Origin: Phoronis australis
Lineage: Eukaryota; Animalia; Phoronida
Assembly (NCBI GenBank): GCA_002633005.1
Contig: NMRA01000235.1
Span: 324,964 to 388,963 of the forward strand
DNA: 64,000 nt
Reading direction: 5' to 3'
The position numbers and the translations under genes were made by a program. Under the pieces are notes generated by a model that had not been told where the DNA came from, searched no databases, and saw only the letters and a list, made by a program, of their open reading frames with translations. Below, piece by piece: positions 51,209 through 64,000 of the stretch (positions are counted from its first letter, which is position 1; each line of letters starts with the position of its first letter).

Positions 51209-54200
51209 ATACTGCACATATACAGCTATAAACATATTGACTTATACACATACATGTATACAGTTACTACACATATTGGCTACATCTACACCGACAGACT
51301 ACACATGTACGACTTAAACATGTGCTACACACATGCATGGTAACCCCACAGAGATCGTGTATCATGTTCATCACAAGACTTGTAGATAATAATTTCATAA
51401 ATTCTGCTCTTCTACATAGTTGAGCATAGAACTTACATTTCTAGATTGATATGTACAACTGTACGACCGCCACCACAGTTGTGTCATGTTGATGTGAGCA
51501 CACGCTACTAATGAAAGTGACGGTGAACAATTATCTTCAAAAGTAGTCCAATTAACCCTGTTTTGGCGTATTAACAAACACCTATAAAATTCTCTGCAAC
51601 AAAATAATTCCCACCTAACCTTCCGACAACCCTCAAAAGTTTGAGAAGCATTTTCTTTTAAACAGAGGCCTACTAAACGGGCAAGCGTGACCAACGCTTT
51701 CAGTGACTAAACGCCATCTGTGGGGAGGAAAGACCACCACAAGGATCCATGCAAGATATCCAGTCTTTGACATAAGGAGCCTGAATATTGATCTGAGTCC
51801 TCCTTTTACCCTTCAAGATTGACGTCAATAGGTGGATGAACGACTAAGGTTGGGCATAACCAAAAGAGGTTTAGTATCCCTTTGTGCGTCGAGCTGTGAG
51901 TGTAGAAACAGCCTTTAGATTATAGTCTGATTGACGTAAAGTACTGGGTAAACTGAAAGGAAATCACGTGTGACGTTTGCTTTTTTCAGCAACAATTGAA
52001 ATCATTTCAGAGCAAAAAATCAATCAAACTTACATCAGCGTGTGAACAACGTAATGTGTCATTTTGTTTGTTGAATGCGCCACCTATGAGCTACGTCAGG
52101 TGTAACTGACCCCCTGTAGTGGAAACGAATCAAAAACTGCTAAAGCAACGTTGGTGTACGATTTACGCTGACAATGTTAAAAATATTATTTCTTACCAAG
52201 AAGCTGATAATACCGCTTGTCCCGAACAGCACCAATCACATGAGATAAAGGAAAGTTTCCAATACTCCATGAACTTCACAAAATGTCAAATTCAAAACAA
52301 GCGTCATTCCATCTTTGCATACAGGTGAAAGACTGGAATATCGTTCTTGACTTATACATTAGGAAGAAAAATTAAAACATGAAAAATTTATGATTGATAA
52401 TTTTTAAACCAACACCGTGATACCGCTTCAGAGGAAACTTGTACTGTAGAACGAGACCTGAACTAGTGAAATCCATGCGGATCACTATACTTTTTAACCT
52501 GGAAATATCGTTGATTTTTTGCAGATAATTCCAAAAATACCAATTGCCTGTACGTCTCAGCAATCGCACTTGTTCCGCAAAACAAACAAAAAATCTTACT
52601 TACTCCCTTTGTGGGGATAAGTAAATTTAAATTTCCCGATAAGCAAAATGTTTAATACGCTATTATAATGGATTTCTGCAGGCAAAATAATTTATTTTGT
52701 TAAATGGCAGCTATAACGTCGAGCTGAATGGAATGAGGCAAGCTTATCACAACTAATGAATTTGCTACGCGATATTTTTGTTGACATTTGTTGATAACTA
52801 GAGGTCGATTCATTGCAATAGTTGACTTATAAATATAGTAGTTGGCTGTACGCACCTACGTGTCACCCACCACGCCACATCGGTGGAGCGAAAAATGGAC
52901 TGTCTTCGTAAGGCACAACATGCAGACGTTATTGTTCGATGTTGAGGTACGTACAGTGTACGGGTAACACCAGCACTTACTGGGAGGTTTTTCGGGTGAG
53001 TTAGTCACCTGTTTAACAGACGTGCTCACATGAACTGTTATGGCCATACCATGTACTAGGCCGATTGGGATCATGTGAAACACAATAACTCATTTTGGAT
53101 TAGGCACTTGATTGGAACTTATGCCTCCAGCTGTTCGCGAATCACTCAAAGTTATAAACTTTAAGGTCACCTTACGGTCATGATGGTGCTAATGACAGCT
53201 TCAATATCATCGGTGGTACATATAGGAACACCCTCGTTGTAGTGAATTATATAAAATTAATGTTCTCATAGGTCGATAAATCCTCATTTAAAAGAAGTGC
53301 TTTCAACGCAAAACCTCGCACATTTCCCGTGGACATAAGACAATCAGTGAAAAAGCAACATCACCCTGGATATCGGGTGTGAAAGATACCGTAAGTGCTT
53401 TGGGAAAACACTCGGGATCCCACGATCTTGTCTGTTTCATGAAACTTTTTCTTAACTTAGAACGAAATCAGGCTAACGTAGGACCAACATGTCTTTGTTC
53501 GTTTCACTTATGAAAAGTTTTTAGACCATTTTTCAGAGAGAATGATCATACTGTACAAGGTTAAGACTGAAAGTTAAGCTTGCTACGGGTTACCTTAATT
53601 TTGTAACCTGTTGATAAACATGTTTTTGAAAATTTTACAATATGATGCCCCAAAATAATATCAAGTTGAACATTGTCTGTTTTCGATTCGAGAACCGGTA
53701 AAACCGGGCCGGTAAGGACAACTCAGTGCGACTTGCCTGCTCATGTGGTATGGCATTTTTCAGGCTGTCTGGGGTCTTCTCACGTACATTGTAAGAGAGA
53801 TCCAATTGTATCCAAGATGTTGTAAATGAATTCCCGTTTAGAGTTTCAATGTCAGAATATTGTTCTTGAACCGGTATTCTACACCCCGTCTCGCTTACTT
53901 TTGTGAATTCGTAACAATGTGGCACCAAAATGGGTAAATTGTATGCTCATCTACGTCAAAAACCGACTTGATTTAGGACCAAAACCCGTTTTAATAACTA
54001 CGAAACGGTCTTTTCTGAATTTGAGTCGTGGGTCTTAACTCCAAATGTTTATATTAAGGTAAATTTTAGTACTAAGATAGTTTTCATAAAGCATAACGAT
54101 AAATCGTCGTGAGAGACCCTGCGGACTTGGTATATGGTGCAACTCCGGACAGTCTGAGCTCAAGAGAAAACCACTCTCCTACTGTAAGTCTACACCAATG

Positions 54201-55324
54201 TGATAAACGAGAGTAGTTATACTTGCCTCATTAGCTGCAGGTATCATTATCGCTTTTATGACACAAAATGTGTAACTGGGCAAAGCCTTTTCAGACTAAT
54301 GTATTTAAACCAGTCGAGTGTGAGACCGCTGAGGTCCCTGTTTAGTCGTCACGACAATTGTACGTTATGTGCGTGCCTGAATAGCAAGTAACTGTCATGA
54401 CTGACAGTCAGCGAAGTCTTTACCACGCAGGTTGTGACTACATTCAGTGTTACTGATACGAAGATGCTTTGCAACACTTGGCAAAGATATATGGAAAACA
54501 TGAGGATATGATTAGTTTAAAATTTGACACATCACAACTTTATCACGTTAAAGGAGTATATGTGAAATAGCGGGTGTACCCATTGACATAAAACAAATTT
54601 AATTAAAGGGATGTCTTATCTTAATTTTGAGAATAGCTCTTTTTGTCCCGTATCATATATGTATTGGCGGCATGATGGAAGTTTACAAAATGGAGCTTTT
54701 CAAATATCCAATGACTTCTACGAACGTCTCACAATTAGAACACTTTTCAGGGCAAGGTCTAATCTTTTTATTAAATCGAACCCGAAATTTTTCGTCAATT
54801 TCTATTCTTAGACTACTTTTATGCTAAATTAAGACTTTAGCTACAGCATGATTTAGGCTCGGGTGCACGCTGACTTCCATGGAGAACATTCTAAGCTTAG
54901 TTTGCACACTGGCTTACAGTGTACATACATGGACATGGACATCTTTCTACGCCTGGTATGCACTTGGTGATCCAAGCATTGCGACTAAAACTTTCAGTCT
55001 GAACACGAAATTTTATGGTTTTAATCGAAATCCCGGGATTTTACTCGAGTTAATAACCTGAATTTAGCGCACATCACATGCGAACATGATCAAGAACTAA
55101 TTTGCATTAACCATGATACTCTTGTCAATTGTCTCGATTCACTCAAAAGAGCAGCAGACAACGCCAAAAATAATATCGAACTTAATTTCAAGTACGAATA
55201 TTAGACCCGGCTCCCGAACCAGTCCGTGGGTTGATTGTTTGAATTTCAAAGTTTAAATTAATCAGATCGTAAAAAAAGTACACATGATTCCAATTGCAAC
55301 TTAAACTCATTACACAAGTTAAAA

Positions 55325-55600
55325 TCTGTGCATATAGGCATACAACTATCCTGTGTGGGTGTTGGGACCGTGGGTGTGTGCATGTAGGCATACAGTGTAC
55401 ATCTAACCTGTGCGAGTGTTGGTCAGCGTGGTCCTGTACATCTAGACATACATCTAACCTGTGCGAGAGTTGGCAGCGGGGTCCTGTGCATGTCGGCATA
55501 CATCTAACATCTAACCTGTGCTAGTATTTGGGACCGGAGCTCTGTACATGTACATGTACAGTAGGCATACATCTAATCTGTTTGAGTGTTCGAACCGGTT
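55325..55600. repeat. Degenerate tandem repeat of about 50-60 bp, about 5 copies
   Basis: Recurring CATGTAGGCATACATCTAACCTGTGCGAGTGTTGG. Confidence 0.75.
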
Positions 55601-57160
55601 ATAGATGGCATAGATAGTTCAATGAAATTGAATTGGATACACGGTGTTATGTCAATAAGACATGGACAAAACATTGTTAATTTCAAAATTGTGTGAAATG
55701 ATAGCATGTAATGGTTAGTTAACGTGGTTTGAATGTAAAAGAACTCCATATTCCATGGTTTTAATTGTTTGTTTCATTTTGGTCTCCTTGTGATCAAGCG
55801 GGTACTGCTCGGGTAATGTTTAGAAAACCCCGTTATTTTCTTAGTGTTGAGTGGATGCGGTTGAAATTAAAGTTTTATATTTTACTCCGATATATTCAAT
55901 TGATATAACGCAAACAGTTTTCAATTTTGTAGCTTTACATGAGAATAAAAACGAAGAGCACCCCTCGGGGTAGGGGGAGACATGCCTGTGGGCATGGGAG
56001 TGTCGGCTACATACGGACACATCAGTGTCATCGTATAGGACTGCACTGAGTATCGGTTTACTAAGTAAAGCAGATCTATGGTTAGATTGAATCCGTGGAC
56101 CATTTGTTTATGGATAACACATAATAAAATTGGTTCACTTGTGATTGTAAGCGTGTTGAGAATCAGAGAAGTCCACTAATTCAGCGACATATTCTCTTCA
56201 CTGTCTTCAAAAAAGAAATGCATGGACCGACATTCATTTGTTCACGTCAAGATGAATTTTGGTCGGTCCAACTATGCATAAAGTTAGACATTTCTTCACA
56301 AGAAGAGACGGTGTTATACTAGTAAATTTCCACAGCAGAGGGAGTCTAATATCAATCTTCAAACACGCCATGGGCTTGCTGTGACCTTGATAGGCATTGA
56401 CTGTTAGACAGCAGTGCCTAATGTACGCCTAACAAGTTATGTTGTAACCAGTGACACCGTCACAATAAACTGAACTTGTAATGTAAAATAGTAAAACTAT
56501 ATAAAATATCCCCACGTTTCGAGCGTAGCGCTCTTTGTCAAAGGTGTGCTACAGACTGCTGAGTACATGTGGATGGATCTAAAATAAAATGGCACTGGGG
56601 ACCACATAGTGACATACAATAGACAACGTGAACAATATGAACAATACAGCAACAACCAGTGGGGTAGACCTACATGTACGTATGACGAGAGAGATAAAGA
56701 GTAACCCGCCAATCAGAGACATACGACATACGTATACTGGAGTATATTCACTATAGACTTGTAGTGAGAAAAAATAGAAAAATAGCCAGTGATCCTTCAA
56801 AATAGCAGTTGAATAAAACAGTTTTTAAAACAAATTGGGAGTCCGTGCTTTGCTTCCGTTTTGAAATTGAAAGAGATGTGTGTCTTTTGTACCCTGCTTG
56901 GTATTCCCTGTACACATAGACGAATCAAAACGTGAATTCGTCCCTAAATTTCTCGTTTCGGGATGTTATCTTAGGGAAGATTTTAAAACCTAGTCTTTTG
57001 AATTTAAAATTAATTAATTTATCAAAGTCGCGAGGGACTGAATCAGCAATAAATCTGGGTAATACCGAACAATCTAGACCATGATTAAGGCAATTGACTG
57101 ATATAAAATAGGGTCTCAGCTCGGTAATTACTCAAACAAAACTTACAAAGAACTGCCATT

Positions 57161-57288
57161 ATATCACCCCTGTAGACGACGCCGTGATAAGTCCGATTCT
57201 AGAACCTACGGTAGTCATGCGCAATATCACTCCTGTAGACGACGCCATCATAAGTCCGATTCTAGAACCTACAGTAGTCATGCGCAAT
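57161..57288. repeat. 63-bp tandem duplication
   Basis: ATATCAC(C/T)CCTGTAGACGACGCC..ATAAGTCCGATTCTAGAACCTAC(G/A)GTAGTCATGCGCA at 57161 and 57224. Confidence 0.9.
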
Positions 57289-58664
57289 AACCAATTGAAA
57301 AATCTTTCAAAGCCCAGACATTCCACCTATTTTGCCTAACGGTAAGTGCATGTACACGTAGTCTAATTAAGAAATTTATTTCTGTGTTAGAAGGTAAGCT
57401 GTATGTGTTGGATGGTAAGCTGTAGGTGCTTTGTTTAATGATAAGCATGATTTATTGAGTATTACAAATTCAAAATACATGGTCTACAAAATCGCAGGTA
57501 ATTAAACAACAACAGATGTTCAGTAACTTAATCTCAGACTCCAGTAATATGTGAGCGTGTTCATCTGTGGAGGAGCAATTTTCATTTAGATGGAATTTTC
57601 ACAATGAAATAAATAACTAAAAGTGAATAATAGTCGGTAAACGATCGACACGGGTTTTACCTAGATGTCCCCAAAATCACGCATAAAATTGATTATTCTG
57701 TTTTGAATGACCATATACTAAGCTGACCTTACTCAATGCGCTAAGAGTGTACTCTTATGCACATGATCTATATCGTCGAAAAAACATAACAAACGAGTGA
57801 TTTAACGGACTCTGATCCATCCGATACAGAATATAGTTCATATTATTTAAGCCTGATTCACGTGTGATGTCATAGTGATGACATAGAATTCTAGCAAACT
57901 GATTTCTCTCTGACTAGAGCGAAAACATATCTCCAGGACAGCTAGCTAGCCGGGCTCACGAGACGTTGAAACATATAAATCACAGGACATGTTCAAGACC
58001 AAACAGAGGTAAATGAATTTCTCAAAATTTTAATTCGCCGGTTCAGTAAGATACACCGCGGCAATGTTGGTTTACCTGGTAAATAACTTATTTACAACAT
58101 AGAATCCGACTTCACCTAGCAGTTTTTCATGTCTTAAAACGTTTGCGAACGGGTACACCACCAACAAACACAGAAAACAATGGTACTTGTATAATACAAT
58201 GTTTCGTGCTAAACACAGACGATAGAGAATGCACTTTCGAAATCACATGTCACCTTGTTACACAGACTGATGCTTGATTTTTGAATTATAAGTTAATTTT
58301 ACAGCAATAGATTAAATTTCGGTATAAGTGTATTAAGGGATTTGAAACTAACGTGTACATATTAAAGACGGAATTGGTTGGTAATTTTTCCTATGACGTC
58401 CGCGATGAGTGCACTTAATTCAATCGGAATTAATTATTATTACATTATCAGTTGTATAGTCATGAAGTTCTTCGTCCACACGATACCGTGGGACTTTGAA
58501 TTTGCATGGAACTCAAAGTAATGTTTCGGTGACCATGAAGGAACTGGAGCATTTATTTCCAATAATTGAAACAGTGATGGACCAGCTCCTAAGAAATGAA
58601 CATTTGGACTACTTAGCGTAACTATGAAAGTCGGGCTCACCTCGTGTTTACCATGGCAAAATTT

Positions 58665-58801
58665 CATGGGTGGCGCACAAAAGGTGGCTATAGCCCCCAG
58701 CCCCTAAGTCCGCCGCCTATGTGACCAAGGGTGGTGCAGCACTGAAATAAGCGGGGGGGGCGCTATTGCCTCCTCACTTCTTCAGTGCTGCGCCGCCCAT
58801 G
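58665..58801. mobile_element. Short GC-rich MITE family B (related pieces at about 27860-27925 and 28753-28830)
   Basis: Inverted ends CATGGGTGGCGCA / TGCGCCGCCCATG; shared words CTATAGCCCC and TTATTTCAG..CTGC.CC.C. Confidence 0.55.
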
Positions 58802-61199
58802 AAAAAGTGATTTTTGGTTTTGTAAAGAATTGTCTCTTATTCCTTGAGACCAAAAAATCTTCAAAGTAACAAACAAGCTGACAATAATGTGTAAAGGATT
58901 TTCTTCCCTAGCTTTCAAATTATTTTCTCTTAATAAGGTGCTGTGAAAATGTACACGTTAGCAGTGACATCTACAGATACATTTTCCCAAATAGAGCAAG
59001 CTTATTCATCACATTTTCTTGTTTCAAACTATTTCTTGTTCTCTCCACTCTGTTAGACGTACTCACAGCAATTGATACTGGAATCTACAAGAAAGTTCTC
59101 AAATACCCTGTTGTAAGCAAATTAGCGATCATCACTGGCCTGACCTCATGCATGTAGTTCACTTCAACCAAGTGCTATATAATCCTCGAGAAAACAAATA
59201 CAACAATCCAATCATACTTCTAGAAACCAGTCTACTCCCAGCAGGTGACATCCCAGGATGCTAGTTTTGACATTGATGCGCGATAAAGAGGCGTCTTCTA
59301 AGTTGAGAAAAGTGCCGTGGGGCCCAATGGCAGTTTAATCGAACGTCGTCAATTCGGTCGGAGCTAAAATGGTTGTTATGAACCCTTTTGAGTCGGACCA
59401 ATTACTGCTAAGAAATTGGCATCAACTTGTTCTTTAGTCAAACTGGGGATTCGACAGATCTCGCAGTTTGTTAGTGCCCGAAGTCACGCTCTACATCTTG
59501 GCTGGCTTGTCAACGCGTACCACGGCTCGTCAAACAGGGTCTTGAGGTAAATGAATATCGTGTCATCACAAACCCAGAAATCACTTCTCATCAGAGTAAG
59601 GAACTGATTGAGACCAACTTTGTAGCAGTACGTGACTTAGATAAAATGGCCGACAGTTTGATAAGTTACAACTGTTGTATCCGTTCGGCTGGTACTTTAC
59701 TTGTATTACTAATTGAATATTTCCAGTCATTTCATGCATTATTTATGTACAGTTGTGTTTTTTACGTATTTTATTATTTTCACTGTTTTGCTTGATGCAG
59801 TGTAATTTCTTGTCCATTGGCATATGTACAATGTAAGTATAGTTGGTACTATCAACTTATTTTGATGGTACCGTTTCATAGTTTCACAAAAATCAGCTGT
59901 GTTGTTGTCTGAATATCAGTAAATGATTAACGTGTGTGAATATTGTGACTCGGTTGTAATATTATCTATATTGTAAGAACAAGTGTACTGGCCATAGACC
60001 TCTGTCGTGTGATTTCCATTAACTCAATGACTTCCTATATCAAACTCGTTCCTGGGGCCGCTCAGAGCTACTGATATCATTCGTAAATCATTGTTAACAT
60101 AGTACTTAACTGATAATCAGACATTATGTAAAACATTGTGACAGAGACACCAATGTAAACAAGATTAAAATGAAGTTATGACATGTTTTATTTATATAAG
60201 GGAACTGATATTTTGTTACGAATAAAATTTTGTTACAAATAAAGGCAGGCTACGGGTATTGGAAATCTAGCAGGATCTAGGGAACAGAACAATAAACATT
60301 GAGATTCATTGACCTAATCTGAATTATATCGCAGAACTGTTAGGGAAACTTGGAGTTGAACACATTGGCAACTTGCAGTCACATTTACATGATCAGATAA
60401 CATACACAAAACTGACTTTTGTCCGCCGGGGGAGGGGGAGGGTTTTTTCTGCAGTGATCAAAAGACCACTGAGCGATGTTGTATATACGACTGCATGCTA
60501 GGCAATCGTAAATACCGAGCAAAATAAACTAGTTTAAAAATGTAGGTATACGTGTACGAGTGGATACAGCAAAGAACATGCGATGAATATTCTTTCGGTT
60601 GTAACAATTCAAACGACGAGTTTAGTGCTGAAGCTTTTACAAACGCTTTCATTCGGAAACAGACCTTACCCCAACTAAACCACAAGTTAAGTTCACCACA
60701 TGGAGACGGGGTGCACGATCAGCCCTCCTCCCCGCCTTCTGCCATACTTGCCTGTGTTGCGACCAAGATGTACATTTGTGTGCCATGAATGGGCTGATCA
60801 CTCCTTAAAATATAACACTTTATTTTGTTTTTAAAGTTCCGTTAACTTTTAAAAGATGCTCTACGTTTTACGCGCAGCTGCATGAGAAGAAAATCCAGAT
60901 CAAAGTTTACATGTACATATCAGTTCAACACACACGATAGTGATAATTGGAATTGCTTCATACATGTACGTCAGTTTTATCACCGAAATCAGTAAATGTA
61001 GATATTTTATTCCACTTCAATACCACGAATAGTTTCAATACAATTTTTCACCAAAAATCAAGCCAATGGTAAGTGCAACCTGATCAGACCAGTTTAATGA
61101 TTAACTGCAATTTTGTTAACAATTGCATCGTACTTTTGTGCGACGTACATGTGCATGTATAGCAGATCAATTTAATTTCTGGTTAATAGAATTGCCAGT

Positions 61200-61207
61200 T
61201 GTGTGCG

Positions 61208-61239
<32 letters not shown>

Positions 61240-61264
61240 CGTGTGTGTGTGTGTGTGCGTGTGT
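61200..61264. repeat. (GT)n microsatellite with GC interruptions
   Basis: Read directly from the sequence. Confidence 0.95.
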
Positions 61265-61426
61265 ACACTAACGAAGGACGAAGGGAGAGGTGGCGAATGG
61301 AACATATCTATTACGCCTTATTTCATTAAGAGTCGACATTGAAGAATCGGCCAATCTCTATTTTCTCCGATTTGAAAATATACAATGCATTAGAAGCTTA
61401 CTTCCCATGAAAAGTAAAAGGGAGCT

Positions 61427-61581
61427 ATGATACATGTATATTGTACATCCAGCAGTATGATACATGTATATTGTGCATCCAGCAGTATGATACATGTATA
61501 TTGTACATCCAGCAGTATGATACATGTATATTGTACATCCAGCAGTATGATACATGTATATTGTGCATCCAGCATTATGAT
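61427..61581. repeat. 30-bp minisatellite, about 5 copies
   Basis: TATGATACATGTATATTGT(A/G)CATCCAGCAG in tandem, with no spacers. Confidence 0.95.
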
Positions 61582-64000
61582 GCAGAAGCGTGCATCCACT
61601 TGAGCAGAGCATATCAGATTTCGAGCAAAATAGGAATGAAAATAAACTGGTCTTCGACGTGCAATTGGACTGACTCGTTATACAACAAGTCTAAACAGCT
61701 CATTTCCATGTCTTTTTATGGTCTTGCTCACACTAAAAGTTTTATCAGGTGAACATAATTGAGCGCAGACTGCTTTCCTTATCAGTTGAGCAGACGATGA
61801 CAATATAATGTTGACGCTCGTAAATCCACTTATATGCATAGTGAACCATTTTTTAATGATTCATACACCGGTTTCGTTTTTATGTTCTACATTTGTTGAA
61901 GACGTGTAGTTTTTAAAAGGGAACTTCATATGTTGACAGGCTTATAAGCACTTGACGACCCTGTTCGCAAAGCTCGATTAATTCGTGTTTGCACCTGGAA
62001 ACCACGTTGAATGATTATCGTTTACCGAAATGAAATCTTTGGCTGACGCCTACGGATAATAACTCATAATTGTGCTCGTGGTGTATGAACTAGCGAATGG
62101 ATTGGTAAATATAGAAATCAAAAAATGTATTTGATATTAAAAATGATTTGGAATTAGATTCAGAGTACAAAGATAAGAAAGACCCCTGAACCAGGTGTTC
62201 TGTGGTTTCCATGCACTGATAGGATTAACACTGTGCGTTTGAAGAGACGGTACCACTCTCATGTTTGACCAGAATGTTCACTAAGTCACGGCCCCAGCAT
62301 GCTTGTACATGTTTATATCCAAATCCCGTAACGGTACACGATGTTTTTGAGGTAGGATTAGCTGTTATGGGGACTTGTGGCAAGAATGAAACATCGATAA
62401 AATATATCTGAAGTCGTAGACTTGGAGGAGTTCTTGACTGATAAGCAGAAGCGTCTTCACTTAGTGATCTGGTGGTGGCCACATACTACGATAGGCTGCG
62501 CAAAAGTATAAGTTAAAGAGCTGTGTTTTTCATAGCAATTGACTATTGTACCTGATACGAGAGCAATCTCTCAGTACACATTTTAATCGACATACACGTA
62601 AATATTCCAATGAATCAAAGCAAGCCTCGTGTTGTAATCCATAAAAATCTAAGTTTCAGTTCATAATTTGATTTTTCTCGGTATCCACTTTTTCACAGTT
62701 AATTTTACTGCTTTGAGCAACCTTGACACATAAAATACCTGTAGATAAAGGTGATGGCAATTCAAGCAAGGCACTAGGTACATTTCTTTGAAGGTGAAGC
62801 CGATGAGAGAAACATTTGTAAAACACTTCCATTGACCGCCGGTAAAACACAATACGTAATGAGAGGTAAAACAAAATGATAAGGTATGCTTCGTTGTATG
62901 TTACAGTTACACATTGTCACTTTGACAAGGTTGATGACATGGTCCGTCCATTTACATATGACTGTCACTGCATCTGGTAGATTTTACCGAACTTGGAAGC
63001 TTAGACAAACCTCTTGCGCTAAAAACAGCGACTTGGTAGAAGTTACGTGACGGTTTTGTGCGTAGCTTTTAATTATTTATTAATGTAATTTACATGCGCA
63101 GTAAAAAGTCACCACTTCGACAATGTCGATGGAGCTACACCTGTCGAGATTTTACCGAGATTTAGCCAAAACTGAAACGCGTCCCAGTCAAAAATAAATG
63201 GATATTTAGCCCGGTTTTATGCGCCAAGACTTTTGTCGAACTTCGACATTGTTCATATTATTTTGAAGACGTAGGCCTACGTGTACGTGTCCAGTTTCAG
63301 CTTCAGAAACACGTAGCCAGTCAGCCAGCAGGGTAAAGGTGCAGCAGGGTTACTTGCACAGCTGACGTCGGGTGACTGCAGGCGTGTTGTTTCACAATAC
63401 CTTAAATCAATAAATTTCTACTAAACTTGCTGAATTTTAATACGTTCAATTATTGACAATTGTGCGGACCGTGAAATGGCTCACAACACCCCGATCGTGA
63501 GATGACGCTAACTCAACAATTACGATCAATATCCGGTATTTTAACAGTTATTATACTATATGCAGCGTTTAATACCTCCTAGATTCAGCTCAGGTGTGGT
63601 CAGAGTTCTTCTATCGTAGGGTCGTCTTGTCTCAACTACGTTTTTTGTTATTGGGATCCGAATAACAAGCCTGTGTGTACACTCAAGCAACACCGTATAG
63701 CGCGACTTTGGGGTATGTAGTCTCGCAGACAATTCATAATCCTAGACCACTACTCAGTATGTACTTGTATGTCTTCCTCGAAAACCTTGTTAACCAGTGA
63801 TACTATCTAGCATTCGTGTCTATAAACACAGAGTGGTTCATTTCGCCGCTACTCAACATTCATGGGAATGAAAGGTGACAAACTTTTCCAGAATAGACTC
63901 GGAATTGTTTTGTTTAGTCTTTAAACTATAAAATTTAACTCAACAGGATTATATTTTCTGAAAGTAGTAACTAAGTCTGTGAAATTTGATTTTTGACTTG

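Larger units (their letters stand above)
54092..59286 (+). other. Candidate cryptic multi-exon transcript (orphan gene, decaying gene or lncRNA)
   Basis: AG/GT-bounded segments 54092-54183, 54920-54955, 57313-57341, 57918-58008, 59057-59112 and 59224-59286 join in phase into a 121-codon open frame. AATAAA occurs at 60221, 60238 and 60291. No start codon or homologue was recognised. Confidence 0.3.

Noticed and set aside
59287-60300. SECIS element that would make the TGA at 53380 a selenocysteine codon
   Set aside because: The ATGA...AA...GA candidates near 59551, 59922 and 60027 lack a pairing upper stem by eye.
61358-61752. Repetitive ORFs and a 30-bp repeat resembling CRISPR repeats
   Set aside because: Head-to-tail repeats without spacers, no cas genes, and a eukaryotic context.
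62225-62968. Short minus-strand ORFs near the window end
   Set aside because: No recognisable domains and no consistent splice pattern.

Overview
This is intron-rich animal genomic DNA. An invertebrate, probably lophotrochozoan-like, origin is inferred from the gene and transposon families; there are small assembly gaps. Four host genes can be reconstructed by hand with GT-AG introns in phase: sorbitol dehydrogenase (SORD, +, 8 coding exons, 1384-9178), a RING-B-box-B-box-coiled-coil-NHL TRIM gene with a single coding exon (-, 15232-17208), a CRAL-TRIO/clavesin-like lipid-binding gene (+, 6 coding exons, 22739-35236) and a ZNF474-like gene with eight C2HC fingers (+, 4 coding exons, 42548-47579). 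The last CRAL-TRIO intron holds an intact Ty3/Gypsy element (30069-34607) with identical 168-bp LTRs, a 5-bp TSD and a tRNA-Ser-type PBS, nested inside a palindromic MITE. Other mobile DNA includes a Penelope-like RT, a Penelope-type minimal hammerhead ribozyme, decayed LINE fragments, several MITE families and many minisatellites. I found no convincing new biological system. The best leads are a possible cryptic small-exon transcript at about 53-60 kb that the ORF track misses, the hammerhead in a host intron, decayed tandem copies of a SORD exon end with decoy splice donors, the very young nested retrotransposon, and a visible mosaic CpG-depletion pattern. All alignments and counts were done by eye.
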